From Catajapyx aquilonaris (taxonomy: Eukaryota): 53,089 bases of DNA. Position 1 is the stretch's first letter, and each line of letters opens with the position of its first letter. The stretch covers positions 1 to 53,089 of the forward strand of contig JYFJ02002687.1 of assembly GCA_000934665.2 (NCBI GenBank), given 5' to 3'. The notes beneath the pieces are model-generated. The model had not been told where the DNA came from, searched no databases, and saw only the letters and a list, made by a program, of their open reading frames with translations. Shown here one piece after another: positions 39,342-51,662 of the stretch. The translations under genes were made by a program, and so were the position numbers.

Positions 39342-39357
39342 CCACTAGATGGCACCA
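39342..39357 (+). promoter_or_regulatory. CTCF-like motif upstream of GPALPP1
   Basis: CCACTAGATGGCACCA closely matches the CTCF core CCACTAGRTGGCRC. Confidence 0.55.
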
Positions 39358-39481
39358 CGAGGCAACTACTGTTTTCATGTGCTGACTTCCCAATGTGCGG
39401 AGCTGGACTCGCAAGTTTCATCTTGAGCTTTCATCGTAAGGCATGGTCGATCATCGGTAGACGTAAATAACATTCAGAAAT

Positions 39482-41507
39482 ATGTCTTTCATCGGTCCTG
39501 TGCTACCACCGGCCGCCAAGGAACCGGCTCCGGAAGAGGAAGGCAAAGGTGCGCTTATCATTAGTCCAGTGGTTGCAATGGAATATCCAATGCAGTCGTG
39601 TTTGGACTGTGTTCTTCTGGTCATGCTTCTGGTGACAGTGACATTCACAATTTGTAAAAGTTAACAACAACCATGACAATAACCCACAATTACTCAATTA
39701 GCTACATTCGGCCCAGCTGTGCCTGGAGTTTTGTCATGAATCCTGAAAATTTGCAGTCCAGAAAATATTGGCTGAAAAAGGAGCACTTCACATGATGCGG
39801 CATTGCGTTCTCGTTGAAGGAGTAACCGATTCCATATTAGGCCCAGGCCACAAGCGGGCTTTCGACTACGTGTATTTGCATTGCGACTTGCCGGTTTAAC
39901 CACTCATGGAGGAAGTTTCAGTAAATTAACCCTGGAATCACTGCAATCTTGCCCGGACTGTCCAGAGGTGACAGGAAATTCTGTGACTGTAGGCAACTGT
40001 TAATGGTTAACTGAAATTAGTGCATGTTCCATTTTCAGTTGATTAATCCAAAATTACAAAAGGCTGTGCCTCCAGTATGTACACCAACCAAACAATTACG
40101 ACCACGTTAAACACCTAATTCATAATTTAAGTCACCCTTGTTGCCATGACTAAAGTAATACAATATGTTAGTTCAATTACTAATGTATGTCATTTTCAGG
40201 TGACAACAGTCCAGTTGGGCCAGCATTGCCACCACATCTGCTTCGCAAGACTCCAACACCACCATGTCCACCTGATGAAGAACAATGTAACGATGGCTCT
40301 GCAGACACATATGGCCCTCCCTTACCACCTGGGTTTGAACCTAAGCCTGTGGTGCTAGGTCCAACGCTTCCTCCATCCTTCAAGCCAGCAGAAAGTGACT
40401 CTGACGGAGGTCAAAGTGAAGAAGAACAAGACAGAGATGATATTGTGATTGGCCCTCTTCCACCAAGTGCTGCAGACCTGTCCAGTCATGCAGCTCACCT
40501 GAAAGAAATAGAGAGGAGATCTCAGGCCATGAAGGACAAGATATTGAACAAGGTATGTTACATAATTATCTCAACAAAAACCATGTTATTATCGTAATGT
40601 CCAGCAAAAATGTTACTGTTTTCCACATCTTTGAGGTGAATATGGTGCAACTAACCTTTCCAGAATTTGAAGAAGTCTCATAAAAACAAGTAACTCATAA
40701 TTTTTCTGACCCACACATCACTTCATTTCCACCTTAATTCATGCAGTCTACACTCCAAGAGGTGGTTGGATGATTGATGGTCACATAGGATTTTCATGAC
40801 GTGTTCTGGATTTACTATTGATCGTGCAACAGGCCCTAGGCAGCCCATGATATCCTGATGTCTCATGATAATGCAGCAGTAACATAAGCATGTTAATTTG
40901 CACAGTTCCTTTTAAAGCAGCCGTGTAAGCTTCAATAATATTGATTATATTATTCTACTTGCAGAATTTACCACAGAAGCCAGTCCGTGAGACGTGGATG
41001 CTGGAACTACCTGCAGAGCGAGCAAGACAGTTTGGACTGGGGCCACGCACTTTCAGCCGTCGGTCTGAGGCACCCTCAGCAGGTGGTTCCTTGTGGACAG
41101 AGACACCAAGTGAGAGAGAGAGGCGAGAAAGAGAAGGGCCCTCCAAATTGCCATCTGATGTGGACTTGGTGGCAAAGGGAAATGAAGAAAGAGATGCCAT
41201 TTTAGAGCAGGCAATGGCCGGACACATAGATGGAAAAAGAAAGGAATCATTGCTCGACCAGCATCAGAAGGATCGCAAACGGAAAATGGTGAGATATCTT
41301 ATTCTTAATCAAACCTAACAAGTGTAATTTGTACAAATTTAATTTTTTCAGGAAGAAGACATGTCTAAACCTACGGAACGTCGGCCTTTTGATCGCGACA
41401 TAGACCTGCAGGTCAATAGGTTTGATGAGGCACAGAGAGAAGCCGTCCTCAAGAAGGCCAGAAAACTAAATGACAGATTCTCGCAAGGGCAGCAAAAATA
41501 CCTGTAA
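39482..41507 (+). CDS. GPALPP1: GPALPP motifs-containing protein 1 (DUF3752 family), 4 exons, ~299 aa
   Basis: Exons 39482-39548, 40200-40552, 40965-41288, 41352-41507. Repeated GPxLPP motifs (GPVLPP, GPALPP, GPPLPP, GPTLPP, GPLPP), RETWMLELP, GLGPRTF, WTETP, ERRPFDRDIDL...LNDRFSQGQQKYL*. AATAAA at 41532. Confidence 0.93.
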
Positions 41508-44500
41508 ATTTTGTGTTTTTTTAACATCATAAATAAATAAATAACCAAGTAAATCTACCATGTAGGACTTTTATCATTGTCACACTCTATTAATCACCTC
41601 ATTATTGATTAATTTTGAGAGAGGAGGAGAAAATGGGACATGGCTCCCCCCAAAAACCATGTAATCAGGATAGAATCCAATACACTTTCCCCATGAGAAA
41701 ATCCATTACATGAATAATTGAGAATTGAACTTCAGACCTTACAGCTAGAAGGCAGTGGCCTAAACCCACCTAAACCACTACTCCATGTGCCACACCTGAT
41801 ATCCCACAGTTACTGCTACTCAGTGTCAGCAAGATTAGATAACTATCAATGCAGCAGATACTGTATATATTGCAGTTCAGATATTCTAGGAACAGTCACA
41901 CATGGAGCCACTCAAATGAAAAACCAACAATTCAAACCAAAATAACGGCAACTGCATCAGTGAGCTATACTATATTTTCATTGGAGATGCAAAATATTCA
42001 TTTAAAAAGCACTAAACCCTAGAATAGCACCGATATCACGTGCATTTCAACATTAGTTACATTGTAGCTTTTGTTGACAATCATGTCCCATTGTGATATC
42101 AGTGCTATTCGAAGTATGGACAGGGTGTGAAGAGAAAATTGTAAAGAGGAATCACATACCAAAAAAAAACTATTAGGTGGCACCCAATGTCGTACATAAT
42201 TATGTCTAATGACATATATGACCAATTACTCGTAATGTGATGTCTCATCATCATCATGTATTGATACTTTCATAAAAATAATTCAGCTACAATAATAATG
42301 ACTAACACAATCACATAATGCGTATTAACAGGTATTAATGAGTTCAATGAAATTTTAATAAAGAAGCTTTTGAGATATTCAACTTATTGTGTGTAATATT
42401 TTGTCTCACAGAAAAATGAGTGCTTCAGACATTCATTTCAGACCATTATAACCAATAATTCAAAAATATTAGGGACGAATGGCTACAGTAGGAGAAAATG
42501 GCAACAGTAATACAGTAATGGTGTTCTAACCGAATGTCAGTAGTGGCTAGCTGGCTTTGGCACTATACTACTTATTTTTAAGTAGGTGCTTTGAAAAAGC
42601 CATTCTGAGAAGTTATCAAAAGTATTCTCCGCTAATACCGGTACTTTATCGAAATAAAGAGTATGTCCAAGCTCTTAATTGCAATGAATTTCCGATTTGT
42701 AATGGTCCATTGGAACAAATGGTATCAAAAGTCACTGATAAAACCTATTTTTCTGGCCTTCACTTGCAGGCGTCAAAAAGTTGGGTCAATGCATGCAATT
42801 TTATCAGCTAATACTTTTGATAACGTAAAAGTGACTCTCCTACCTCATCTGCTAAAAAATGAGCAGCTTAATTACAAAAAAAAAATCGCTAATCGCCTCT
42901 GACATATCAATTGGTACACTCTGACAGTCTGTAGCTATGCACATTAATTTTATAAATAATCGTTAGGATTTTCAACATTTCGCGAATTTATAATGGGCCC
43001 TGGCACCACTCTTCTTTTGTTATTAAATGTTTCGTAATGGTTCAGTATCACGGTATCATCTTGACGGGTATGTACTGTACCCTGGGAATTACATTTGTAA
43101 CAAATATTTCACAACATCGAAACATGATATTTCGGTGTTCCGGATATCAGTGTTATGATGCCCGAAACTGAATGGTGTCGGGAAGGGGGTGCATAAATAA
43201 ACTGAATGTAATTTTGAGAAAAAATTACCCGTGACGTCGAGCGCGAAACTCGGAAATTTTACCCCCGCAACATGTAAATTCCACACGTAAAAATACCAGT
43301 TTCCTATATTTTAAAAAAATGCCCCTTGGTCCTTCCTGGACATGATTAAACTTACTCATGCTCGTTATTTATACTATTTATCATGGGGAAAACTGCAATA
43401 ATCCACACTATCATATTTTTGATATCCACACCCACACAAATTCCTGTTCTCTTACCGTACTTGTACCGCACCTAGAATGGAAATCCCACCACTTTATCCT
43501 TGACTTTATCTTATTAGGAGCAAGATATCAAATCCCCCCGATATTCCCTAATCTACTTTAAAATTTAACAAAAGTAGCACCAGAATAAGCGTTATATATG
43601 TGACATAATTTCGTTACATTAATCTTCATTCATTCAATTTTGTCTACCTGTATTTTTACGCTCTGCCCAGTATGTGCTGTAACCTGCTCGTGTCTAATTT
43701 TATCAGCATGATTCAAAAGCAGAAAAATAATCATTCAGCTTAATAGCCAGATAAGAGTCGATAACAATCTTGAGTTCATTACTTTGTATCTTATACTTCA
43801 CTTGTCGCGCCCCGAAAACTGGCGGGCATTTCAAAAGTGACCATCTGAGACTGGCTGGCCATCAGGGGTATACCCTCCTGGTGTGTCCTTGTACCCTGTC
43901 CATAAAACCAGAGCAGTGGGCAATACCCCTTGCGGTAGTGTTTCCCTCCGGGAGGACCCCCCTCCTTCCTCTCTACCCCCTCAAGCCACCTCACTCCTCA
44001 ACGCCAAGCTGTTTCTCTTTCTCAGACAGTCTTTGTGTACCGTGAAGTGCAGGTTTTACTGAGCGCTTGCTCCTGGTACTGCAACTACACCTTTGTTTGT
44101 ATTTCACACGCTGAAAAGGAATTAGCCAGAGAGGAACCCTGCACCTGTTCAGGTAGAAAGGTATGGTTGCCTGCATATTTTCTTCGTACCGGTACTGCAA
44201 ACACGTGGCCACTTCACCGAGCGGTTTTCCCACACACCTGTAACTCCCACTCATACCCAACAAAAAAAAGGCGGATGTACAGGTCATACATCCATATGCA
44301 GGTAAGGTCGTCCCAAAGTACCTGATGTACAAAAAAAAATATACTAAAAATAATTACCGGGTGTATAAGAAATGTCAGCAGCAGCATCGAATATACTGCT
44401 GGGAAGCTATTGTTACCATCCTTCCCACAGTATGGAACATTCAGCAGCATAAGCATGCGATTTGCGATTTTCCAAGGTGACTACCTCCAGTGCAAATGTT

Positions 44501-45154
44501 TTGCATAACTCTGCCATGGCACATTCTTGCTGGCAGGATGTCAGCGTTTGCAGGACCTTTATCAGCATCGTTGTTACTTTCGGATCGGGGAAGTACCAGA
44601 GTTCTGCGTTGTCGATTTTTACAGGCTAGTTTCGTCTAAGGTTATGAGGAGATCAAGTTACAATATCTCCGCCTGAAGAAGGAAAAGTCCATAGGAGCAA
44701 ACTGATAATAAGCAACGCTAGCTATGTCCTTGATGAAGGACAGTAAACAAAACATTAAGTACTTTCAGGCTGAGCTGGAGTGCTAGCAGAGCCTGTGCAG
44801 TTTGATTACCATTGACATTTTGTACCAAGTAGGTTTCGTTTGCATTTTTATCTGAGATTTATGAGTAATGTTTCGTTAAATAATTTTACAGGAGAGCATC
44901 TTAAAATAAACTGAACATTTAAAATCAACTTATAGCATTCTGCTAAAAATCAGCCAATGTTTACCAGTACATCTCTTGTTAATTACCATTAACATAAATG
45001 AAATGCTTAAGTACAGTACATATGAGCTGTAAGTGCTGCATAATGACTCTACTGCACCTTTTCTTTTATAGGAGGTACACCATCTGCAGAAAGAAGGTGC
45101 CAGAGCAAATCCTAGCAAAATGACGAGCAATGACTTCTCGTAGCATAACCGCAA

Positions 45155-46905
45155 ATGCCAGCTGCCAACATGCCAGTTTCCAACAGCGTAACTTTTTCCG
45201 AAGATGGGCCAACCTCACCTCACCATGAATTTGATCCTAGGAACCCTCACATTCACAGAGGTGTAACAAATGTTGAGAGCACCACTGCAACATCTAGCAG
45301 CGAATATGTGCCACCTACCAGAAAACGTCCTCCACCACCTCCAAGGTTGAGGTGCAACTCAACTGAAAATCATGAGTATGCAACATTTGAAAGAAATGGA
45401 GAGGCGACCTTCTCTGTGCCAGGTTAGACATCAACACTCACAGAAGTCCTGATTGCAAGTGCTGGTTAATTCCCAAGATTGTGGCATGTATCAAAAATTA
45501 GAATGTAACGCTAGAGCAGAGAAAGGTTTTCCAGTAATGATGCCTCAATATTCTATTATTTGTTTCCAGTATGCCCAAGGCTCCAAGTTCATGCCAAGTG
45601 GGGACTACAAATGAAAACACTGAAACTAGCACTGAAGCCCATTGCCACTTCTCTAGTTATCACTGTCCTTGCAGTAACAGCTGTCAACACTTTCATTTTC
45701 ATTCACTTTTGGCAAGAACTTAGCCGGTTGAACACAGAGGTCATCGTGCTCAGGTCCCTAATCAACAATCAGAATGGCATCAATGTGGGACTTGGAGGAA
45801 ATCCAAGTTTGGAACCAATGTTTCAGACAGGTGGAAAGAGAAACCCTGACGAGGAAGAATCTCTTCCCCCTGAAGAATTAGACTCCAAAGAAGTGTTGCC
45901 TACAGTGTCACAAGTGGAGGGAAATGAAGAAGCAAGTGCAAAGAGAGGAAAGAGAGAAAATGGTCGAGGTAATAAGCGAAAGTGCAAGAAAAAGAAACAC
46001 TGCATGTCAATGAAGAAAAATGGTATACTTTTAAACAGTATCATCAGGAGCATTAATATAATGAAGATAGTGAATTAAAATATTATTCTTTTCAGTCATC
46101 AAAGAAGTCAAGTTCCATGGAGGTATGTCACAAATCTTAGTGCAAAACAATTCACGTAAGTAACATGAAGTGCTGTAACTGAAATCATAGTGAGGCCGAT
46201 CAGTAATTTGACATGTTTCATCCTCCACAGAAATAATCGGCCCATGGGTTCAAGTCAAGGGTGGCAGTGGAAATTACGCATTAAGGTCCTACACAAAGGA
46301 TGGTAACTCTATCACTGTGAACCAAAAGGGTGTTTACTGGATTTATGTTCAAGTGAGTATTTATAATCATCTGGCTCTTGTTCAAAGTTTAATAACAGAA
46401 GCGATACCAGTAAAGGTCACCAGCCAGATTAATTCCAAGGTCTTAGGAAGTGGTTATAGCAATCCAATTTTAAAGGAAGCAAAAAAGAAAAATTTATGCA
46501 AATGATTCTGGTGACTAAGCATGTTGCGACTGTTATAAATTCTGAACTGATGTCTTTGTCTACTGTGCATGCTTAAAATTATATCTATCCTTTGAACTTA
46601 TGATAAGACAACATCTCTTTTTTTAGCTGTACTATGAAATGTGGCAAGAATTCAGCGGATTCAACGTGTATGTTAAGAAAGCGAATTACAAGGGGCAAGC
46701 AAGGATTATAGCGGAATGCAGTGTAAGTGGTGTCTCTGAATCAAAACTGTCACAGCAGACTTGTTTCACAGGAGTGGCTTGGTACATTAACGTGGGTGAC
46801 AAAATTTTTGTTGAGCAGCTGCACAAAAATGTAGTAGTAAAGTTGGATGAAGGGCAATCATTCCTTGGTCTAATCAAGTTGCAAGATGATAATGATAGCA
46901 AGTAA
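45155..46905 (+). CDS. egr: TNF superfamily ligand, Eiger-like type II membrane protein, 5 coding exons, ~393 aa
   Basis: Exons 45155-45422, 45570-46022, 46096-46155, 46231-46352, 46627-46905 are phase-consistent; in-frame TAA at 45146 precedes the ATG. TM segment IATSLVITVLAVTAVNTFIFIHFW, furin-like RGKR, TNF-domain motifs ITVNQKGVYWIYVQ, TCFTGVAWYINVGDKIFV and SFLGLIKL. Strict orthology to eiger is not established. Confidence 0.85.
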
Positions 46906-47490
46906 AGTGAAATATGCATGTCACCTACACCTGAAACTCATGGTCATTTCAAGGACACCAGAATGCATTTGCACAGTACAATAACATTGCATTTAGAAAA
47001 AGAAAGTCTGGGGTAGGCATATTCATTCAACATTGGCATTTGTTTTATCCAACCACATGCTAGGAAGGATCATAGTAATGCATGTATCATATATGGACAT
47101 ATCAAATACAGTGCAGGGTAAGACAATGCGGCATAAACTTAATCGCCCTCCTCTAGCGTTTCTTAGTGTGCAGCACCTTAGCCATAATTTCCTGAATTTT
47201 GGTGTTCAGTTTTCTACAGTCTTCTTTGTTTAGGGTAAGGCCAGTGTGAAGTGTAAATATTGTAAATGAATAGTAAAACAGATTGGAATTCATTGTGCTG
47301 TGTCTTCTTGCATTAAACATAAAAACGACTGATACATGGTTAGCCAATATGCGTATACATGCAACTACAACTAACTTCTCTAATATTTACCCTGTTTTAA
47401 CATGACAGCAAAGCAAATATTGACAACATGGGCAGGAATAAGGCGCACGTCAGTAGAGTAGCTTGTAAAAAGTGATTGAAAAGAGTTTAA

Positions 47491-47958
47491 CCCTTAACTA
47501 CGTAGGTGGGTGAAACACCTTTAACTACGTAGGTGGAGACTGAGAGGCTCCAACGGTATATTTAAATTTCTGCTTATCAACTAAATTGTTATATTGGACT
47601 TTTCACATACAGAAAGTGCAGTTCAGATCATTAGGCTTCCGAAAACGTAAAAATCACACGCTGAGTCAGCATATTCCGACTGGGAAAAATTCTTAATTAA
47701 AAGGTTACATCATGTGTTTGAGCCGCTCAGGCTTCACCTGAGATATAGAGCCTGAGCGGTTCCAGGAGGGACCTGTTCCTTGTTACGAATTTTTTTTAAC
47801 CAAAGAATAGGGACTAAAAAAAGTTTCTTTCCTTTTCATGCTTAGTAAGGTTTTTCTGACAGTCACGGAAGGACAGGGGAAAATAAAATTCAATGAAAAA
47901 GTTACATGCGTTTAAATAGTGCTTGGAGCCTCTCAGGCTCCACCTACGTAGTTAAGGG
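47491..47958. mobile_element. Non-autonomous piggyBac-type element (MITE), 468 bp
   Basis: TTAA at 47487-47490 and 47959-47962; perfect 19-bp TIRs CCCTTAACTACGTAGGTGG / CCACCTACGTAGTTAAGGG; no transposase ORF. Confidence 0.9.
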
Positions 47959-48463
47959 TTAAGTACGAGTAAAATCAGCAAAAGTAATTCTGTGAACTAC
48001 GTATGTGACATTTTATGCAGTAGAATTTTTAGTTTATTTTCATTGCGATGGCTTTTTTCCGGGGAACTTTAATTCTCAATTGACTCCTTGTGCTCATTTC
48101 AGTACAAAACATTGCAAAAACATTAGCCAGTTAATTGCAATTGTGTTTTTTTCCGCCTAACTTTGATGAATTCTTTCACTGCCACATTTATAATTTATGT
48201 AAATCCTCATTATGTGAAATAGGTCTACCACTTAAAGCATTGACGATGTGGCATATGAGTTATACACTTAAGCAATGGGGACTTGGCTCCACAGCCCCAC
48301 ATGGTGCTTGATTTTGAAGGATTATCTGCATGGTCTGCATGGTCTATCATGGTGTTTAAAAAAATTTTTTTTTTCTTTCAACTAACAGTCAGTGTTCACA
48401 GAGTGCTTTATGACACAAGCAATGGCTAGTGGAATAAAGTAATACAATATCTTACCTCATGCC

Positions 48464-48973
48464 TTACCCCCAAAAGTCATCGTCCTCTTTCTCTTCCTCA
48501 TCCCAACCTGATTCAACTTGATCCTCTTGCTCAAATTCCACCTGCTTGTCATACACAAAGTCTGGGTCATCTGGTTTAACTTGTGTCTTAACGAAAGTGT
48601 TATCCATCAGCTCCTTTTTCCTTCTCAACTCCACTTCAGTCACAGTGTTAAGGTCTTGCTCTGGATCTACACTGAAGGTTGGACGAACAGTCTTCAAAGC
48701 ATCTTCTAAACTCTGCCCTTTCATTGTCTCCTGCAAGATCGACAGCAGCTTTTCCAACAAAGTAAGGGGAACTTTCTCCAAGATGTCGCCGTGACGGAAA
48801 CGCAATTCGTTTGCCACCCACACGACATTGGAGCTCGTGTTCAGGGTCCTGACAGGCATCACTCGCTTCTTCAGCTTTGACTTGACTTCATCCTTGTAAA
48901 CCAGTATTAAGGCTGGTGGCTTAATCTGTACCCCACATTTTTTGGGAACAACTGTGGTAGATGATGAGTCCAT
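48464..48973 (-). CDS. CEP19: Centrosomal protein of 19 kDa, single coding exon, 169 aa
   Basis: ATG at 48973. KKCGVQIKPPALILVY...KRVMPVR...VDPEQDLN...KPDDPDFVYDKQVEF...SGWD matches CEP19 family motifs. Confidence 0.92.
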   Translation of the reverse strand: MDSSSTTVVPKKCGVQIKPPALILVYKDEVKSKLKKRVMPVRTLNTSSNVVWVANELRFRHGDILEKVPLTLLEKLLSILQETMKGQSLEDALKTVRPTFSVDPEQDLNTVTEVELRRKKELMDNTFVKTQVKPDDPDFVYDKQVEFEQEDQVESGWDEEEKEDDDFWG

Positions 48974-50092
48974 TGCTACGCCACCCAATTGCCAATTACT
49001 GAGGTGATAAGAACCTATAAATAAAGAAATAGATTTACAGTAAAACTAATACCATTTATGAGTAGCAAAGGGTATCGATTAGACATATAATATGTTTCAT
49101 TCAACCAAGCCAAACCGCAACCGGTTGGCCTCAACCCTCATTGATTTCACTACCCTGCCCGAGTACCTGCTCGCCACACAAACAGCGACAACAGTCAGGA
49201 AAGGCCAATCACGTCCACGTTCACGTCGAACAGACGTCGAATGCACGGTCGAATGTGTCAGCAACACACAGCAACAGAATACGAAATCCGTACTTGCGCA
49301 AAACATGTGAAGGTCGCGCCCCCACAAAAATGTTCACGAAAAATGAAGACAGCTCATTGCCCAGCTCAGTTTGCAAAATTTGATCATACTGACACGCACG
49401 AACACTATTATTTTGTTAAAAACAAAAAAAGGAACATATATCACCCTCCGGCAACACTGCATCGGTTTGAATAACTAACAGCTTTTGAATATATGCATAC
49501 AAGGTGAGTCAAAACTGCTACTTCATGCACCAGATTGGCCCAGCACAATCGAAAATGAGCGATAAACACCTAGAAACCGGATTACCCTTCACATTTTGCA
49601 CTCCCTACACTTATGGCTTGTATTGGGCCACAACGAGTACCCCGGTGGCAGCACGACATGCAGTTCCGACTCACCCTGTGCACAAGCAGCGACGCTTTCA
49701 ATCCCCCTCCTTTTCTCGCACAGCTGTTATATTTGAAGGTTGCCACCCCCCTGCCCCCTGCCTCCCTGTCTCCTCCTGTTGGCACCCCTGCAGAAGCCTA
49801 CCTCGGTGCGAAAAGGTGTGTGTGTGGTTATTGACAACCTTCCTCTCTTTTTTTGTGCGCCAATTTGCAGGGGAAGCTCCAGCATCCCAGCTGCACAGAC
49901 AGAGCCCGCCTTCCTTCCTCGCCCTCTTGATCCTCTTGCAGACGGGAGTCACGTCCTCGGTCGGGGGGCAGTTGTGACGAGAGGCGCCTGAAATATTCAA
50001 TGTAGTTTTCCAGGTTGAATGCCCCCTCCTCTCCTGCTTACTACTCAAGGTTGTGTGGCATTTCCAGGAGCGTGACTGGACCTGTGTCGAGG
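48974..50092. promoter_or_regulatory. Divergent promoter/5'UTR region of CEP19 (-) and CLNS1A (+)
   Basis: Head-to-head ATGs 1.1 kb apart; CpG-rich relative to flanking gene bodies; splice-like signals on both strands. Confidence 0.6.
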
Positions 50093-51662
50093 ATGGTGGT
50101 GCTCAGCAATCTCCCAGCTCCAACCGAGGGCATCAGGTGGAAGCAGGTCTCCACTTCCGCACACATCAACAGCAGGGAGGTCGGAAGGGGAACACTGTAC
50201 ATCGCTGAGAGGTTCGACTGGTGCTCTTGTGGTGTGGTGTGTGTGGGTTAATTGCGGTCTTGTTCCAGCTGCGTGTCGTGGGTGAAGGAAGGTACGGAGG
50301 AGGGATTTTCGCTGGAGTACCCTCACGTTGCTCTTCATGCAGTGTCACGTGACCTGTCTTCGTACCCGCAGGAGTGCTTGTACCTCATGATAGATGTTCG
50401 CCTTGACCAATCACGTAAGGTCTTACACTTGTCTGTACTTTGTAAGGTTATAAAACTTCCACCTGACATTATCGCCTGTGCAGATATTCATATGTACAGT
50501 ATCAAAATGTGTGTCTGCAGCTCAGTTCTAATACACCATCGCATTGCTATGAAAATGGGTAGTCAGGGGATGTGAAGAGACAGTCACAGGTGTCGAATCT
50601 GAAATTTTTTGTCCAGGTGCAAAGTCTGCACTCCAGAGTTTCATCTGGAGTGCAAATAACATGGTGGAGTGCTGAATTTTTAAATAGTGGGTTTGTCAAT
50701 GTTAAAAAGCAGGACAACTGGTGTCCAAACTTTGCAACTGAATATTTCGACCCCTACAGTCAATTGCCTTTCAAACATGGCACACAGATTCCATGAAATT
50801 TGCTATAAATAATATATGAATTGATTATAGTGAGTTTTATGTTTGTAAATGTGGAAGTAATGAAGTACCTTTACCGTGGTGTTTACCAGCAGATCCAAAG
50901 CCGGAGTCGGGGGATGGCAACGAATCAGATGAATCTGAACCTGAGCTGACTGAAATTCGATTTGTCCCTGATGATAAGGGCATGCTGGATGGCATGTTCC
51001 ATGCCATGTCTGAATGCCAAGGGCTACATCCGGATGAACAGCAGAGCTTATCTGAAGGTAATTAGAATTGCACAGTTGTGCTGATAGTCAAAATGGATTG
51101 ACTTGTGTTACACTACCAGGAAGAGGTGTTTTAATGACCCCCACATCCCTGTGCAAGCATCAATTTCATTGAATATCAGTTTTAATGAACAATGCAACCT
51201 TAAAAAAGTGTGCATATACCATTGCCACTCAAATCAAATTTCTGTCGAGTTCATATTGCCTTTTTTAGGCCATTTGAAAACCCCAAATATTTAAAATCCA
51301 GAATTTTCACAATGAGACAAACAAGTGCGTAACTTTTCATCCTATTGTACAACCATTACGAACAACTTCCAATTAAAATTAAAGTGTAACACAAAAACCT
51401 CGATCCATCAACAGTTCCTTTCTGTCGTGTTCAACATTTCCTTTCTACACTTGCAGATGAGGATGATCTTTTTGGCGAAGAGGATGAGGGTGAATATGAG
51501 ATAGGGCCAGACGGAGGTGAAGCAGGTGGGTTTATTAACTCTTTTCGCAGAACATGTGGGATTCAAGATGCATTTTCAGAATCAAACGGATGTGATGCTA
51601 TGGATGGTGTGGAAGAGGAAAACAACGAGGGTCAGTTTGATGATGCTGATGTTGACCACTAG
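50093..51662 (+). CDS. CLNS1A: Methylosome subunit pICln, 5 coding exons, ~194 aa
   Basis: Exons 50093-50211, 50269-50414, 50890-51057, 51457-51525, 51580-51662. GRGTLYIAES, GFSLEYPHVALHAVSRD, ECLYLMID, EIRFVPDDK...MFHAMSECQGLHPD, acidic tail ending GQFDDADVDH*. Confidence 0.95.
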
